Positions 13,165-24,493 of a stretch of DNA of 64,000 nt are shown here, piece after piece. Each line of letters starts with the position of its first letter. Within the stretch, counting starts at the first letter, position 1. Below the pieces are notes generated by a model, which was given only the letters and a program-made list of their open reading frames with translations, did no database searches and was not told where the DNA came from. This stretch comes from Mobula birostris (Eukaryota): contig NC_092392.1 of the NCBI RefSeq assembly GCF_030028105.1, positions 3,550,613 through 3,614,612 on the forward strand, read 5' to 3'. Both the position numbers and the translations under genes were made by a program.

Positions 13165-13670
13165 AGTGGTTTCAGACCAGTATATAATTGGCAAAGCCCT
13201 CCCAACCATTGAGCACATCTACATGAAACACTGTCATATGAAAGCAGCATCCATCATCAGAGATCCTCACCACCCAGGCCAGCTCTTTTCTCACTGCTGC
13301 CATCGGGTAGAAGGCACAGGAGCTTCAGGACTCACATCACCAGACTCAAGAACAGTTACTACCCCTCAGCCATCAAGCTTTTGAACAAAAAGAGATAACT
13401 ACACTCATCTATTGAGATATTCCCACAACCAGTGATCTCACTTTAAAGATCTTTATCTTGTTATTCCATGCTCTCATTATTTATTGCTATTTAATTTATA
13501 TTTGCATTTGCACAAATTATTGTCTTCCATATTCTACTTGATCTTTCATTGATCCTGTTTACAGTTGCTATTCTATAGATTTGCTGCGTATGCCCACAGG
13601 AAAAAGAATCTCAGGGTTGTATGTGGTGACATGTACGTACTCTGATAATAAAATTTACTTTGAACTTTTG
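13165..13670 (+). mobile_element. Rex1-type LINE 3' end
   Basis: QYIIGKALPTIEHIY..KAASIIRDPHHPG; tail aataaaattttactttgaactttt. Confidence 0.75.
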
Positions 13671-14773
13671 AATTTTGATATAATAATATTCTTCAACATT
13701 CTCATCAAATAAATTGCCAGTGCAATAAAAACTAAATTAGTTATGTATTGCATGTATTTAATTCCTTGCTTGTCAGTATCTGATACAACCTTTTTTCAGG
13801 GACATAAACTCCGTGAAGTTGGGTTCATGGAGTTCTTGCTTGAAAACGCAGTTTGATGGGAGTCTTTTATGTGTTGGAGAGTAAGTTGATTTTGAAAGTT
13901 ATCTTTAATCTTCGGGTTTTTTTTGCACTGGGCAATGAAATTTGCCACACATTAGCAGACATTTTATCCCAACTACCAGTCACAGAGAAGAAATCCTATT
14001 CCTATTCCCTTTTTAAAAGATCTGCATTCATCTTCATACTTGTTTTGTTGTTGTTGCTCTAGGTTTTACTTGTGCCCACAGCAAGGGGTGCTATTGTCCA
14101 CAAGAGGGTTACAAGTGATTGTTCAAAGAATTTTAATCGGTTTTTAACTGGAGTCTTGGTGTTAGCTGCACATAATGGGAAACAGCGTAATTATAATACT
14201 CTAGTATAATGAAATCTCATTTTACAATGAGAAATTAAAAGTCTTCAGGAGCTTTAAGCTGCACATCAGAGTCACGCATGATGTAACAGCTGTGGTCTGA
14301 CATCAGTGACAGAGAAAATGCTGGAATCTATAATGAAGGATTTAACACTTAGTAAAGAATAATGGGATTAAACAGAGGCAGCATGACATTACAAAAGGGA
14401 CATTAAATTTAGCCATTCTATTGAAATGCTTTGAGGATGTGACCAGTAAAATAGATAAGGGGCAAATTCCATGGGTCCTGTTGGAGGGTTATAGCCAGAG
14501 ATGTTGGCTGTTGTTCCCTCTTCGCTTGCTGAATTCCTCCAATATTTTGTGCACATTGCTGGCATTCTATCTACTCTTTGGGTAAAGGCTCCTCTGGAAT
14601 CCTGTTTGATACATCAGTGACAATCATGTCCAAGGTTTTTAACCCTTATTCATCAGTTCCAGATTCAGAGTTGGAACAAAGCTGGGACAGCTCCTTGGAT
14701 GGTGGGTAGGCTTGGGAGTCAGTGAATCATGGAAACACATGGCAGTGGTTGGTGGCTATTTACTAGGCAAGTC

Positions 14774-14964
14774 ACAGGAGGTACCGCACATGCCGGAAAT
14801 CTAGAGCAATACACAATGTGCTGGAGATCTCAGCAAGTCAGGCAGCATTTATGGATGGAAATAAACAGGCTGATGAAGGGTCTCGGCTCGAAATGTCAAC
14901 AGTTTATTCCCATCCATTGATGCTGCCTGACATGCTGAGTTCCTCCAGCACACTGTGTGTATTG
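14774..14964 (+). mobile_element. Hairpin mini-element derived from Penelope pseudo-LTRs, with hammerhead core and 11-bp TSD
   Basis: TSD ctaggcaagtc at 14763-14773 and 14965-14975. Arms ~14806-14868 and ~14900-14965 are inverted. The loop contains CTGATGAagggtctcggctcGAAAtgtc. Confidence 0.8.
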
Positions 14965-15323
14965 CTAGGCAAGTCTCCTGGTCCTGATGGATGCATCCCA
15001 GGGTACAGAAAGAAATAGAGTAAGTTATAGCAGATGCGGGTAGAGGTTATAGTAGAGGCAACCTTATTAAATACAATTAAGACAGTTAGATAGACTTTCT
15101 GACTAGTAAGCAGATCTACAGTGCCAATAAAAAGTATTCACACTCCTTGGAAGTTTTCAGGTTTTATTGTCTTACAACATTGAATTACAATGGATTTAAT
15201 TTGGCTTGCTTTTGACATTATCAACAGAAAAAGACCCTTTTGCGTCAAGGTGAAAACAGATCTCTACAAAGTGATCTAAATAAATCTCAAATTTAAAACA
15301 CTAAAGAATTGATTGCATAAGTA

Positions 15324-15965
15324 AACACAAAATAATCTGCAGATGCTGGGGTCAAAGCAACACTCACAACACGTTGGAGGAACTCAGCAGCTCGGGCAGC
15401 ATCCGTGGAAATGATCAGTCGACGTTTCGGGTCGGAACCCTTCGTCAGGACTGTGGGGGAAGGGGCAGAGGCCCTATAAAGAAGGTGGGGGGAGAGTGGG
15501 AAGGAGAAGGTTGGTGGGTTCCAGGCGAAAAACCAGTAAGGGGAAAGATAAAGGGGTGGGGGAAGGGAGGCAGGGAGGCAGGGAGGTGATAGGCAGGAAA
15601 GGTGAAGAAAGAATAGGGGAAAACACAGTGGGTAGTAGAAGGAGGCGGAACCATGAGGGAGGTAGTAGGCAGCTGGGGGAGGGGGAAGAGTGACATAGGG
15701 ATAGAGGAAGGGAGGGGGAGGGAATTACCGGAAGTTGGAGAATTCTATGTTCATACCAAGGGGCTGGAGACTACCTAGACTGTATATGAGGTGTTGCTCC
15801 TCCAACCTGAGTTTAGCCTCATCATGGCAGTAGAGGAGGCCATGTATGGACATATCTGAATGGGAGTGGGAAGCAGAGTTGAAGTGGGTGGCTACTGGGA
15901 GATCCTGTCTGTTTTGGCGGACGGAGCAGAGGTGCTCGACGTCTGTTTTGGCGGACGGAGCAGAG
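15324..15965 (-). mobile_element. Penelope-like element inserted in Tc1
   Basis: Pseudo-LTR with intact hammerhead, purine-rich spacer, and GIY-YIG C-terminal remnant at ~15725-15930. Confidence 0.85.
15416..15453 (-). ncRNA. Minimal type-I hammerhead ribozyme motif, intact core
   Basis: Minus strand reads CAGUC CUGACGA A GGG UUCCGA CCC GAAACGUC GACUG: 5-bp stem I, conserved CUGANGA and GAAA, 3-bp stem II, palindromic ACGU stem III, GUC cleavage triplet. Lies in a Penelope-like pseudo-LTR. Confidence 0.8.
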
Positions 15966-17725
15966 ATTTGTTTTTCAGCAAGTCAAAGACCCCAAGCATA
16001 AAGCCAAATCTACACACGAATGGCTTAAAAACAACAGTTAATGTCCTGCAGTGGCCAAGCTAGAGTCCAGACCTCAGTCCAATTGAGAATGTGTGGCTGG
16101 ACTTGAAAAGGGCTGTTCACTCACAATCCCCATGCAATCTGACAGAGCTTGAGCAGTTTCGTAAAGAAAAATGGGAGAAAATTGCAGCGTCCAGACGTGC
16201 AAAGCTGATAGAGACCTATCCACACAGACTCAGGGCTGTAATTGCTGCCAAAGGGGCATCTACTAAGTACTGACTTCAAGGGGGTGAATACTTATGCAAT
16301 CAATTATTTTGTGTTTATCTCATTATAATCTTGTACTTTATCTTATCTGCACTGCACTTTTTTGGTAGTTTTTAAAAACTTTATTCTTCCTGAATGCACT
16401 GTGTAATCTATGCAAGACAAGCATTTCACTGTACCTTGGTACATTTGACAATAATAAATTAATACATCATTCCATGCCCAATACAAGGCTCTGGAAGGAG
16501 AAGTTCTTTTCCCAGCCCTGTCACAAGAACCAGGAAAAGGTTCAAGGATACCCTCGGATCTATTTGAAAAAAAATTGCAATATCCCCATTAACTCTGGGA
16601 ATCCCTGACCCATGGATGTTGAAAGCGGAGGAGTAATCATTCAGGGTGGAACCAAGGCATTGATTCCATGCGTTCAGAATTTGCCCAGCTTCTGAGTAAA
16701 TGGTTCATGGAATGCACCGCCTCTCAAACTCACTCAACCCCCACTCCCTCACCCCTCCAACGTTGCACAGGTCTCATGAACCAACTGCGAGCCACAGAAT
16801 GAGAATAGATGGAAGTCATCCTTGACCCTAAAGGGCTTCCAAAAAGATAGATTGTCTATAATAAACAAGATTGCACTGGGGTCCACAAGTTTGCCTTAAA
16901 GTTCTGAAAGACTGACTGCTATCAGTTATAAGCTGAGCTGACTGTAGGTGGAGAGCAGTCCTTGTGCAATCCAAAGTGAAGGCTTGTCCAGGGAGTATCC
17001 CAACAGCCTTATGACAGAAGGACATTTCACTGTCTCCAAGTGTTAGTCAAATTCGGGGATAGTTAGAAACAGTGGAAAACAGTTATATATTTATCACTAA
17101 AAATAGCAGTTAGTCACACTTCCAGCAAAGTTTGGCAGTCCTATTCAACAAAAGGGATCACTGTCTGGTGTATCACTGAAGGGCCAGATTCAAAACTTTT
17201 GGCACTTCAGCTTCATTTGTACAGAACGTTCCTGGACTCATTGACAAATGCAGGGACAAAATGGGAAGCCTGATGTTTGTGTCTTCTCTCCTATGTATTT
17301 TGAACTTCATGATGGAGTGTGTGGGCACAGATGATGGGATGTATTGATAAGTTTGATGTTTGCTCTCTATGGACTCATAAGCACACTGTCTGCACAATCT
17401 GGCTCAATGTATACATAGTACTATACATGAGCTCAATAACGACCAATACAGACTGGTATCATCTTGCCTATATTTCAATTCTATCTCTTAGTTTTCTTTT
17501 CTTTTGTAATTTGTTACAGTTCCATGACTGCAGCTAGGCACAGCTCAAGCACCATCTATAAACTTGCGGACGATTTAACTATGGTTGGCAGAATTTCAGG
17601 TGGTGATGAGAAGCCGTACAGGAGTGAGAGAGATCAGCCATTTGAGTGGTGTTGCAGGAACTACGTTGTACTCAGTGTCAGTAAGACCAAAGAATTGATC
17701 GTGGACTTCAGAAAGGGTAAGACAA

Positions 17726-18552
17726 GCTTTCAGATGACTCTGCCATAGTTGGATGCATCAGCAAGGGAGGCTGAGTACAGGGCTACGGTAGGAAAGTTTG
17801 TCACGTGGTGTGAGCAGAATTATCTGCAGCTTAATGTGAAAAAGACTAAGGAGCTGGTGGTAGACCTGAGGAGAGCTAAGGCACCGATGACCTCTGTTTC
17901 CATCCAGGGGGTCAGTGTGGACATGGTGGAGGATTACAAATTCCTGGGGATACGAATTGACAATAAACTGGACTGGTCAAAGAACACTGAGGCTGTCTAC
18001 AAGAAGAGTCAGAGCCGTCTCTATTTTCTGAGGAGACTGAGGTCCTTTAACATCTGCCGGACGATGCTGAGGATGTTCTATGAGTCTGTGGTGGCCAGTG
18101 CTATCATGTTTGCTGTTGTGTGCTGGGGCAGCAGGCTGAGGGTAGCAGACACCAACACAATCAACAAACTCATTCGTAAGGCCAGTGATGTTGTGAGATG
18201 GAACTGGACTCTCTTACAGTGGTGTCTGAAAAGAGGATGCTGTCCAAGTTGCATGCCATCTTGGACAATGTCTCCCATCCACTACATAATGTACTGGGTG
18301 GGCACAGGAGTACATTCAGCCAGAGACTCATTCCACCGAGAGGCAACACAGAGCATCATAGGAAGTCATTCCTGCCTGTGGCCATCAAACTTTACAACTC
18401 CTCCATTGGAGGGTCAGACACCCTGAGCCAATAGGCTTGTCCTGGACTTATTTCCTGGTATAATTTACATATTACTATTTAATTATTTATGGTGCAACTG
18501 TAACAAAAACCAATTGCCCCCAGGATCAATAAGGTATGACTATGACTATGAT
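17726..18552 (+). mobile_element. Younger Rex1/Babar-type LINE, 5'-truncated, (TATGAC)n tail, 8-bp TSD
   Basis: ORF 17749-18426 reads LNVKKTKELVVDLRR...YKFLG..IDNKLDW...RLYFLRRLRSF. TSD taagacaa at 17718-17725 and 18553-18560. Confidence 0.88.
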
Positions 18553-19089
18553 TAAGACAAAGGAGCACACACCAGACCTTATTAAGGGACCAGCAGTGGA
18601 GAGGGTGAGCAGTTTCAAGTTCCTGGGTGTCAACATCTCTGAGGATCTATCCTGAGCCCAACACATCAATGGAGTTACAAAGAAGGCATGACAGCGGCTG
18701 TATTTCATAAAGAGTTTGAGGAGATTTGGTATGTCACCACACTCACAAATTGCTACAGATATACCATGGAGAGCTTTCTAACAGGCTGCAGCACCATCTG
18801 GAATGGGAGTGGGAATACCCTCTCCAGCGTCCTGGACATCGTCAAGGAGCAATGCCTCAAAAAGGGTGGCATCCATCAGTGAGGACCCCATCACCCTGTA
18901 CATGCTCTCTTCTCATTGCTCCCATCAGGAAGGAGGTACAGAGCCTGAAGGCACACACTCAACCATTCAGGAATGGCTTCTCCTCCTCGGCCATCTGATT
19001 TCCGAATGGACATGGAACCCATGAACTCTACTGTACTACCTTTTCTTCTCGTCTTTCTGCACTACTTACTTAATTAAACTTTTAAAACA

Positions 19090-19150
<61 letters not shown>
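19090..19150. repeat. Compound palindromic microsatellite (GT)6(AT)17(AC)7
   Basis: Read directly from the sequence. Confidence 0.95.
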
Positions 19151-19151
<1 letters not shown>

Positions 19152-20304
19152 TGTGATTTAATTCTTATTATTATGTATTGCAATGTACTGCTGCTGCATA
19201 ACACCAAATTTCATGACATACAGCAGTGATATTAAACCCGTTTCTGATTCAGTCCCCCTCACAATTAATTATCTACCCGACCTGCTCCTTGGTAACATTA
19301 ACACGTTTAGGAACCGTGCTTCTCATTCCAAAGTTCAAATCATCAATGTGAATTGTGATCATTAACGGTCCCAGCGTGGATCCCCATGGAACAGCTCGAC
19401 CCACCTTTTCCCATTGTGAAGAGGTACTCTTTAATCCCGCTGTCTGTTTTCTGCCTTGAAGTCACTGAGCAATCCACTCCATGTCCCTGAACTCCACATT
19501 CATTAGTCTTTAATGAGGTACCTCATTGGAGGCCTTTTAAAAATCCAAATTACATCTACTGCATTACCATTATCTTCTCTTTTTCAGTTCCCATTTCAAA
19601 AAAAATTCAATAACTTTGGTCATGCAAGATTTTCCCTTTGGAAATCTCGGCTGACCTTTCATTATTATATCTTTCATTTCTAGATGTTCTCGTTAGAAGA
19701 TATTCCATCCGTCTGATATTAAGGACTAGTCTATAATTTCCCAGGCATGTTCAATCTCCCTTACTAATAACTGTGTTATGTAACCCATCAGTCTTCTAAC
19801 ACTATGCCCAAGTCTAGAAAGTTATTAACTAGGAGCAGTAATGTCTCTGTTATCTCTCTTTTTAATGTGAATGCAATTCAACCAGACCAGGACTTTCATC
19901 CTCCAAGTCTGATCACTTTATTTAATATATCCCCTTTTCTATTTTAAATGCTCTTACTGTATTACTTACCCACCATCAAACATCATGTCCACCTCTGTAT
20001 CTCCCTGTTAAATACCAACTGAAGTGTGATACAATAGCTACAAAATGCTTCACTTACTCAACGTCTATTGATAAATACCAGTTACTCTTTGCCTTTCACT
20101 TTTTAAAAATCTCTTTTATGCTTTCCTTTACTTAATATTTGCCATTATCTCTGATTTCAATTACCCCTCTATATACATAATGGGGCAATTGAAATCACTT
20201 TATTTAGATTAGGTTAACTTAACATTATTTATTACTTGTACATCGAAACATATAGTATAACGTGTCATTTGTGACAATGACCAACACAGTCTTAAATACA
20301 GTGT

Positions 20305-21128
20305 TTGTACATAAGACCATAAGACAAAGGAGCAGAATTAGGCCATTCAGCCCATTGAGTCTGCTCCACCATTCCATCATGGCTGATTGCGGTTCCCACT
20401 CAACCCCATACACCTGCTTTCTCACCACATCCTTTGATGCCCTGACCAATCAGCAAACTATCAACTTCAGCCTTAAATATAGCCACAGACTTAGCCTCCA
20501 CCACAGTTTGTGGCAGAGCATTCCACAGATTCACTACTCTCTGGCTAAAAAAAATTCTCCTTACCTCTGTTCTAAAAGGTCAACCCTCAATTTTGAGGTT
20601 GTGCCCTCTAGTTCTGGAAACCCCTACCACAGGAAACATCTTCTCCACATCCACTCCATCTAGTCTTTCCAACATTCAGTAGGTTTCAATGAGATACCAC
20701 TGTATTCTTCTAAATTCCAGTGAGTACAGGCCCAAAGCTGCCAAACGCTCCTCATACATTAACCTCTTCATTCTCAGAATCATCCTTGTGAACTTCTGGA
20801 CTCTCTCCAATGGCAACACATCCTTTCGGAGATATGGGACCCAAAGCTGTTGACAGTACTCCAAGCGTGGCCTCACTAATGTCTTATAAAGTCTCAGTAT
20901 TATCTCCTTGCTTTTATGTTCTATTCTCTTTGAAATAAATGCCAACATTGCATTTGCCTTCTTTACCACAGACTCAACCTGTAAATTAACCTTTGGGGAG
21001 TCTTGCACGAGAACTAAGTCCCTCTGCACCTCTGATGTTTGAACCTTCTCCCCATTTAGATAATAGTCCATACTATTGTTCCTTTTACCAAAGTGCATTA
21101 TCACACATTTTCCAACACTGTATTCCAT
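20305..21128 (-). mobile_element. CR1 LINE 3' part
   Basis: ORF 20676-21128 reads KCVIMHFG...VKKANAMLAFI...LVRPRLEYC. The 3' UTR lies at ~20305-20400. Confidence 0.9.
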
Positions 21129-21194
21129 AAAAAGGGCAATTTTTGTATATAAAGGGCATTTTAAATAAAAAGGTTCCTTAAGATTGTTATAGCC

Positions 21195-21760
21195 AGGGGC
21201 GGTAATGGGGACAAGCTCCCACTACCTATTAAATGCTCCCAATGGTGTGCACCTCAAATAACCTCTGATAACCAAGTCCAGCTCCTGACCTTCACGTATG
21301 GCTGAGCTACCAAACCCAGTGGAACTGTTTCTACTGACAGGAGAAGGGGCAAAGATGGGTTACTGGCGCCTTAATACCAGTCGCTTCGGGCAAATGGGGC
21401 TAGTCAGCTGTGGTTGGCGGTTCATCTAAGGAGAAGGAAAACTCTGATCTTAAACCTCCACTGCCTTTTGGCTATACCCACTCATGGGAATTGGGTTTGG
21501 GAGTAAACCCCTGGGGGAAAAATCTGGTGCTGGAGTCCCAAAGGCAGTCCTACATTGAGTCAATGCTGACTGTCAACTCCTGCAAAGCTGCTGGTACCAA
21601 ACCGTATCGGTCTCCGCCATTGCTTCGGGTTCATTAGATGCATGGAGAGGAGGAGCTTGCCACATGGACAACAGCTTGCTCTCCATATTGTACTGCCCAG
21701 GATTGTGTATCTAGACAGCTAGAACCCAATATCCACGGTCAGTGGTGACTGACGGAGGCA
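21195..21760 (+). mobile_element. Probable RTE-related non-autonomous element (5'-UTR-like)
   Basis: GC-richer block with ggagaaggaaaactctgatcttaaacc, a motif typical of RTE 5' UTRs. Recognised by pattern only. Confidence 0.4.
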
Positions 21761-22222
21761 CTCACCTCACATCAAACAAATGAAGTCTCAGCGCGTTCTT
21801 TCCTTTAGCAGAATATATTATTTCCAGGTCGAAGTAAAACAAACGCATTAACGTCAGTGCACAGAAAAATGAGTTATCAGCCCCTGGTCTTCTCCCTCCC
21901 CTTGCACTGTTGTAGTGTGAGTACCTGATGATAAAATGAACCACTGTGTCCATCCTAGGCAGTGTCCTGCAGCTCCAAAGACGCGTTCATACTCTGGCTG
22001 CAGAATTGGTAGAAAAAGTTTTTCCTTTACAATTGCCCTGAAGAATATAGTCTGCAGTCTGCTGGACCCAAATTGACATTGTAGCTAATGAAATGAGATC
22101 CCCTGGAGAAAATGCTCTCCCATTTCACTTTCAGAGTGAGACCATATCTCTAAGTTACAGTGCAAATTTACACTTTATTTGGTACAGTAGATATGCTCAC
22201 GGTCTTCTGCTGCAAGGATTAA

Positions 22223-23225
22223 AAATACAAGAAATTCTGCAGATGCTGGAAATCCAAAGCAACACACACAAAATGCTGAAGGAATCCAGCATCTATGGAA
22301 ATGAGAAAAACAGTCGCTGAATCGGGCTGAGATATTTCTTCAGGACTGAAAAGGGGAAGACGATAGAATAAAAGGTGAGGGAAGGGGAAGGGGAAGGAGG
22401 ATAGCTAGCAGGTGATAGGTGAAGCCAGGTGGGTAGGAAAGGTAAAGGGCTGGAGAGGAAGAGATATTACAGGAGAAGAAAGTGGACCATAAGAGAAAGG
22501 GAAGGAAGAAGGGACCCAGAGAGGTGGTAGGCAGGTGAAAAGAGGAATCAAAAGAGAGAGGAGGGGGAGAGGAATTTTTTCTGGTAGGAGGAATCGATAT
22601 TCATGCCATCAGGTTGGAAGCTACCCAGATGAAATATAAGGTGTTGCTCCTTCACCCTGAGGGTGGGACAAGTGGAGGCCATGGACCAACATGTCAGAAT
22701 GGGAATTAAAATGTTTGGTCACTGGGAAGTTCCACTTTTGGTAGATGGAGTGGAGCTGCTTGATGAAGCTGCTCCCAGTTTATGACAGTTCTTACCAATG
22801 TAGAGGAGGCCACACTGGTAGCACCGAACACAATAGATGTCCCCTGCAGATTCACAGCTGAAATGTTGTCTCACCTTGAATGCAGGTGAGACAGCAGGTA
22901 AATGGGCAGGTGTAGCACATTGGTTGCTTGCAGAGATAAGTGCTAGGAGGCAGATTAGTGGGAAGGGACAAATGGACAAGGGCATCATGGAAGGAGCGAT
23001 ACCTGTAGAAAGCAGAGAGACGGGGAGGTTCGGTGGCAGGATCTCTTTGGAGATGGGGGAAGTTGCGGAGAGTGATGTGTTGGATGCAGAAGCTCATGGG
23101 GTGGTAGGTAAGGATAAAGGGAAGTCTGTCGTTGTTAAGGAAGATAGGGTGAGCGTGGAGGAGATGCAGTTGAAAACACCATCAATGGTGCAGGAAGGGA
23201 GTCCCCATCCTTTGAAGGAGGAGGT
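22223..23225 (-). mobile_element. Penelope-like element with GIY-YIG endonuclease remnant
   Basis: ORF 22719-22988 contains FKVRQHFSCESAGDIYCVRCYQCGLLYIG (GIY-YIG motif). Pseudo-LTR with a degenerate hammerhead at 22311-22348. Confidence 0.85.
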
Positions 23226-23249
23226 AACTTGTGGAAAGGAAAACCACAA

Positions 23250-23722
23250 GGATCAATGTATTATACATCACGGTTGTAAGTATGGCTATTTGAGTTACAG
23301 TTACCTTCCTGTCAGTTTGAATCAGACTGGCTATTCTCCTCTGACCTTGTTCATTTATAAGGCGTTTTTACCCACAGAACTGGATGTCATTTGTTTCTTC
23401 CGCATCATTCTCTGTAAACTTTAGAGCAGGGGTTCCCAATATTTTTTAATGCCATGGACCACTCCGTGACCCCAGGCTGGAAACCCCTGCTCTGGAAAAT
23501 GTTGCGTGTGAAAATGCCAGGAGATCAGCAGTTTGTGAAATACTCACCTCATCTGGCACCAACAATCATTCCACGGTCACATTTACTTAGATCACATTCC
23601 TTCCCCATTCAGATGTTTGGTCTGAACAACTGAACCTCTTGACTATGTCTGCATGCTTTTATGCTTTGAGTTGCATCCTCGATCAGGCATACATACTTAC
23701 CTAATAAAGTGGCCACTGAGTA
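23250..23722 (-). mobile_element. Non-autonomous Tc1-like element
   Basis: Ends in cctaataaagtggccactgagta; homologous to 55622-56240. Confidence 0.7.
23427..23489. mobile_element. Tiny hAT (Charlie-like) MITE
   Basis: CAGGGGTTCCCAA...GGAAACCCCTG termini; degenerate 8-bp flanks ctttagag and ctctggaa. Confidence 0.65.
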
Positions 23723-24127
23723 CAGTTCTCAATATTAAAGCAACTAGATGCTAAACCTGTGTGAAATCATGAGGAATAATACTCAACAGATTGTTGGGGA
23801 CAACCTGAACCGGGGCCAGTTGGCTCCCTCTTTTAATATGACACAAGTCCAGACACTAAGCTTCAGTGAAGTGCATTCCTGATGAGACGAGTAATTTTAA
23901 AGAGCTCATTTCTGGCTCAGATTATAATGAACTACCTCATCCTAATACAGCTCAAAGATCATAATGTGTGAACAACGTCTGGAATGTTGTTCAGTAAGGG
24001 GACTCAGAAATAAAAAAATCTACTGCATTCTGCAATGTGTACACTCAAAATAACAAGATATTTTGTGCTCAGACAGAATCCAGTAGCTTCAGACAAGTCA
24101 GCTGTATTTTGATCTTTGAAAGACAGA

Positions 24128-24133
24128 TTTAAT
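24128..24133 (-). terminator. Candidate variant polyadenylation signal (ATTAAA) for CHCHD3
   Basis: ATTAAA on the minus strand about 340 nt after the stop, with moderately U/GU-rich sequence downstream. A second ATTAAA lies at 23832-23837. I saw no canonical AATAAA before the transposon ending at ~23722. Confidence 0.3.
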
Positions 24134-24469
24134 CACATTATTGTTAGAATGTTTCAAAGGCCTCATATTAAACAAAACAAAATATTCCATATAATGTCAT
24201 AGGACAGAACAATTACAGAAAAGCTGAATGCATTCTTGGTAGGACGAGAAGCTTGGTAGGTTGTTAAGTCGTTCACAACTGTGCCAAACACATCCCCACC
24301 AATTAAAATGAGGGTGCTTGCTGCTGCTGTTACTGTGGTGATAATGGCCCTTTGTTTCCTCTTTCCCATAATGTCCTGGTGCCTTTGTCGAGTTACTTTG
24401 ATTATTTCTGAAAGGTGATCCGTTGGTGAAATAGATGATGAGGGCTTTTTGATGAGACTGGAGACTGTT

Positions 24470-24493
24470 TTAACCTCCTTTCCCCAGAAGGCT
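24470..24493 (-). CDS. CHCHD3: CHCHD3/MIC19 terminal coding exon (SLLGKGG-stop), followed by 3' UTR toward lower coordinates
   Basis: Minus strand reads tgtcttgtttcctttcttactttag|AGC CTT CTG GGG AAA GGA GGT TAA. Strong polypyrimidine tract, phase 0 compatible with the upstream donor, and similar to the human C-terminus SMLEKGG*. This terminus favours CHCHD3 over paralogue CHCHD6. Confidence 0.88.
   Translation of the reverse strand, partial: SLLGKGG

Larger units (their letters stand above)
15119..16317 (+). mobile_element. Tc1 transposon remnant, internally deleted and interrupted by a Penelope-like element
   Basis: TA|CAGTGCCAATAAAAAGTATTCAC left terminus. Transposase C-terminus at ~15966-16273 reads SPDLSPIENVWLDLKRAV...YPHRLRAVIAAKGASTKY*. 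Partial right TIR ggggtgaatacttatgcaatcaat. Confidence 0.88.
17520..19250 (+). mobile_element. Older Rex1-type LINE split by a nested insertion
   Basis: IYKLADDLTMVGRIS...LSVSKTKELIVDFRK (17540-17725) resumes at 18553 with VSSFKFLGV-like sequence and a 3' tail at ~19230-19250. Confidence 0.8.

Noticed and set aside
17749-18426. 225-aa ORF that could be annotated as an ALKBH8-N-terminal/DUF1891-like gene
   Set aside because: It is the post-RT region of a Rex1/Babar LINE: TSD-flanked, frameshifted and ending in a tandem tail.
22837-23424. 195-aa plus-strand ORF
   Set aside because: Antisense read-through of a Penelope remnant and a Tc1-like element.
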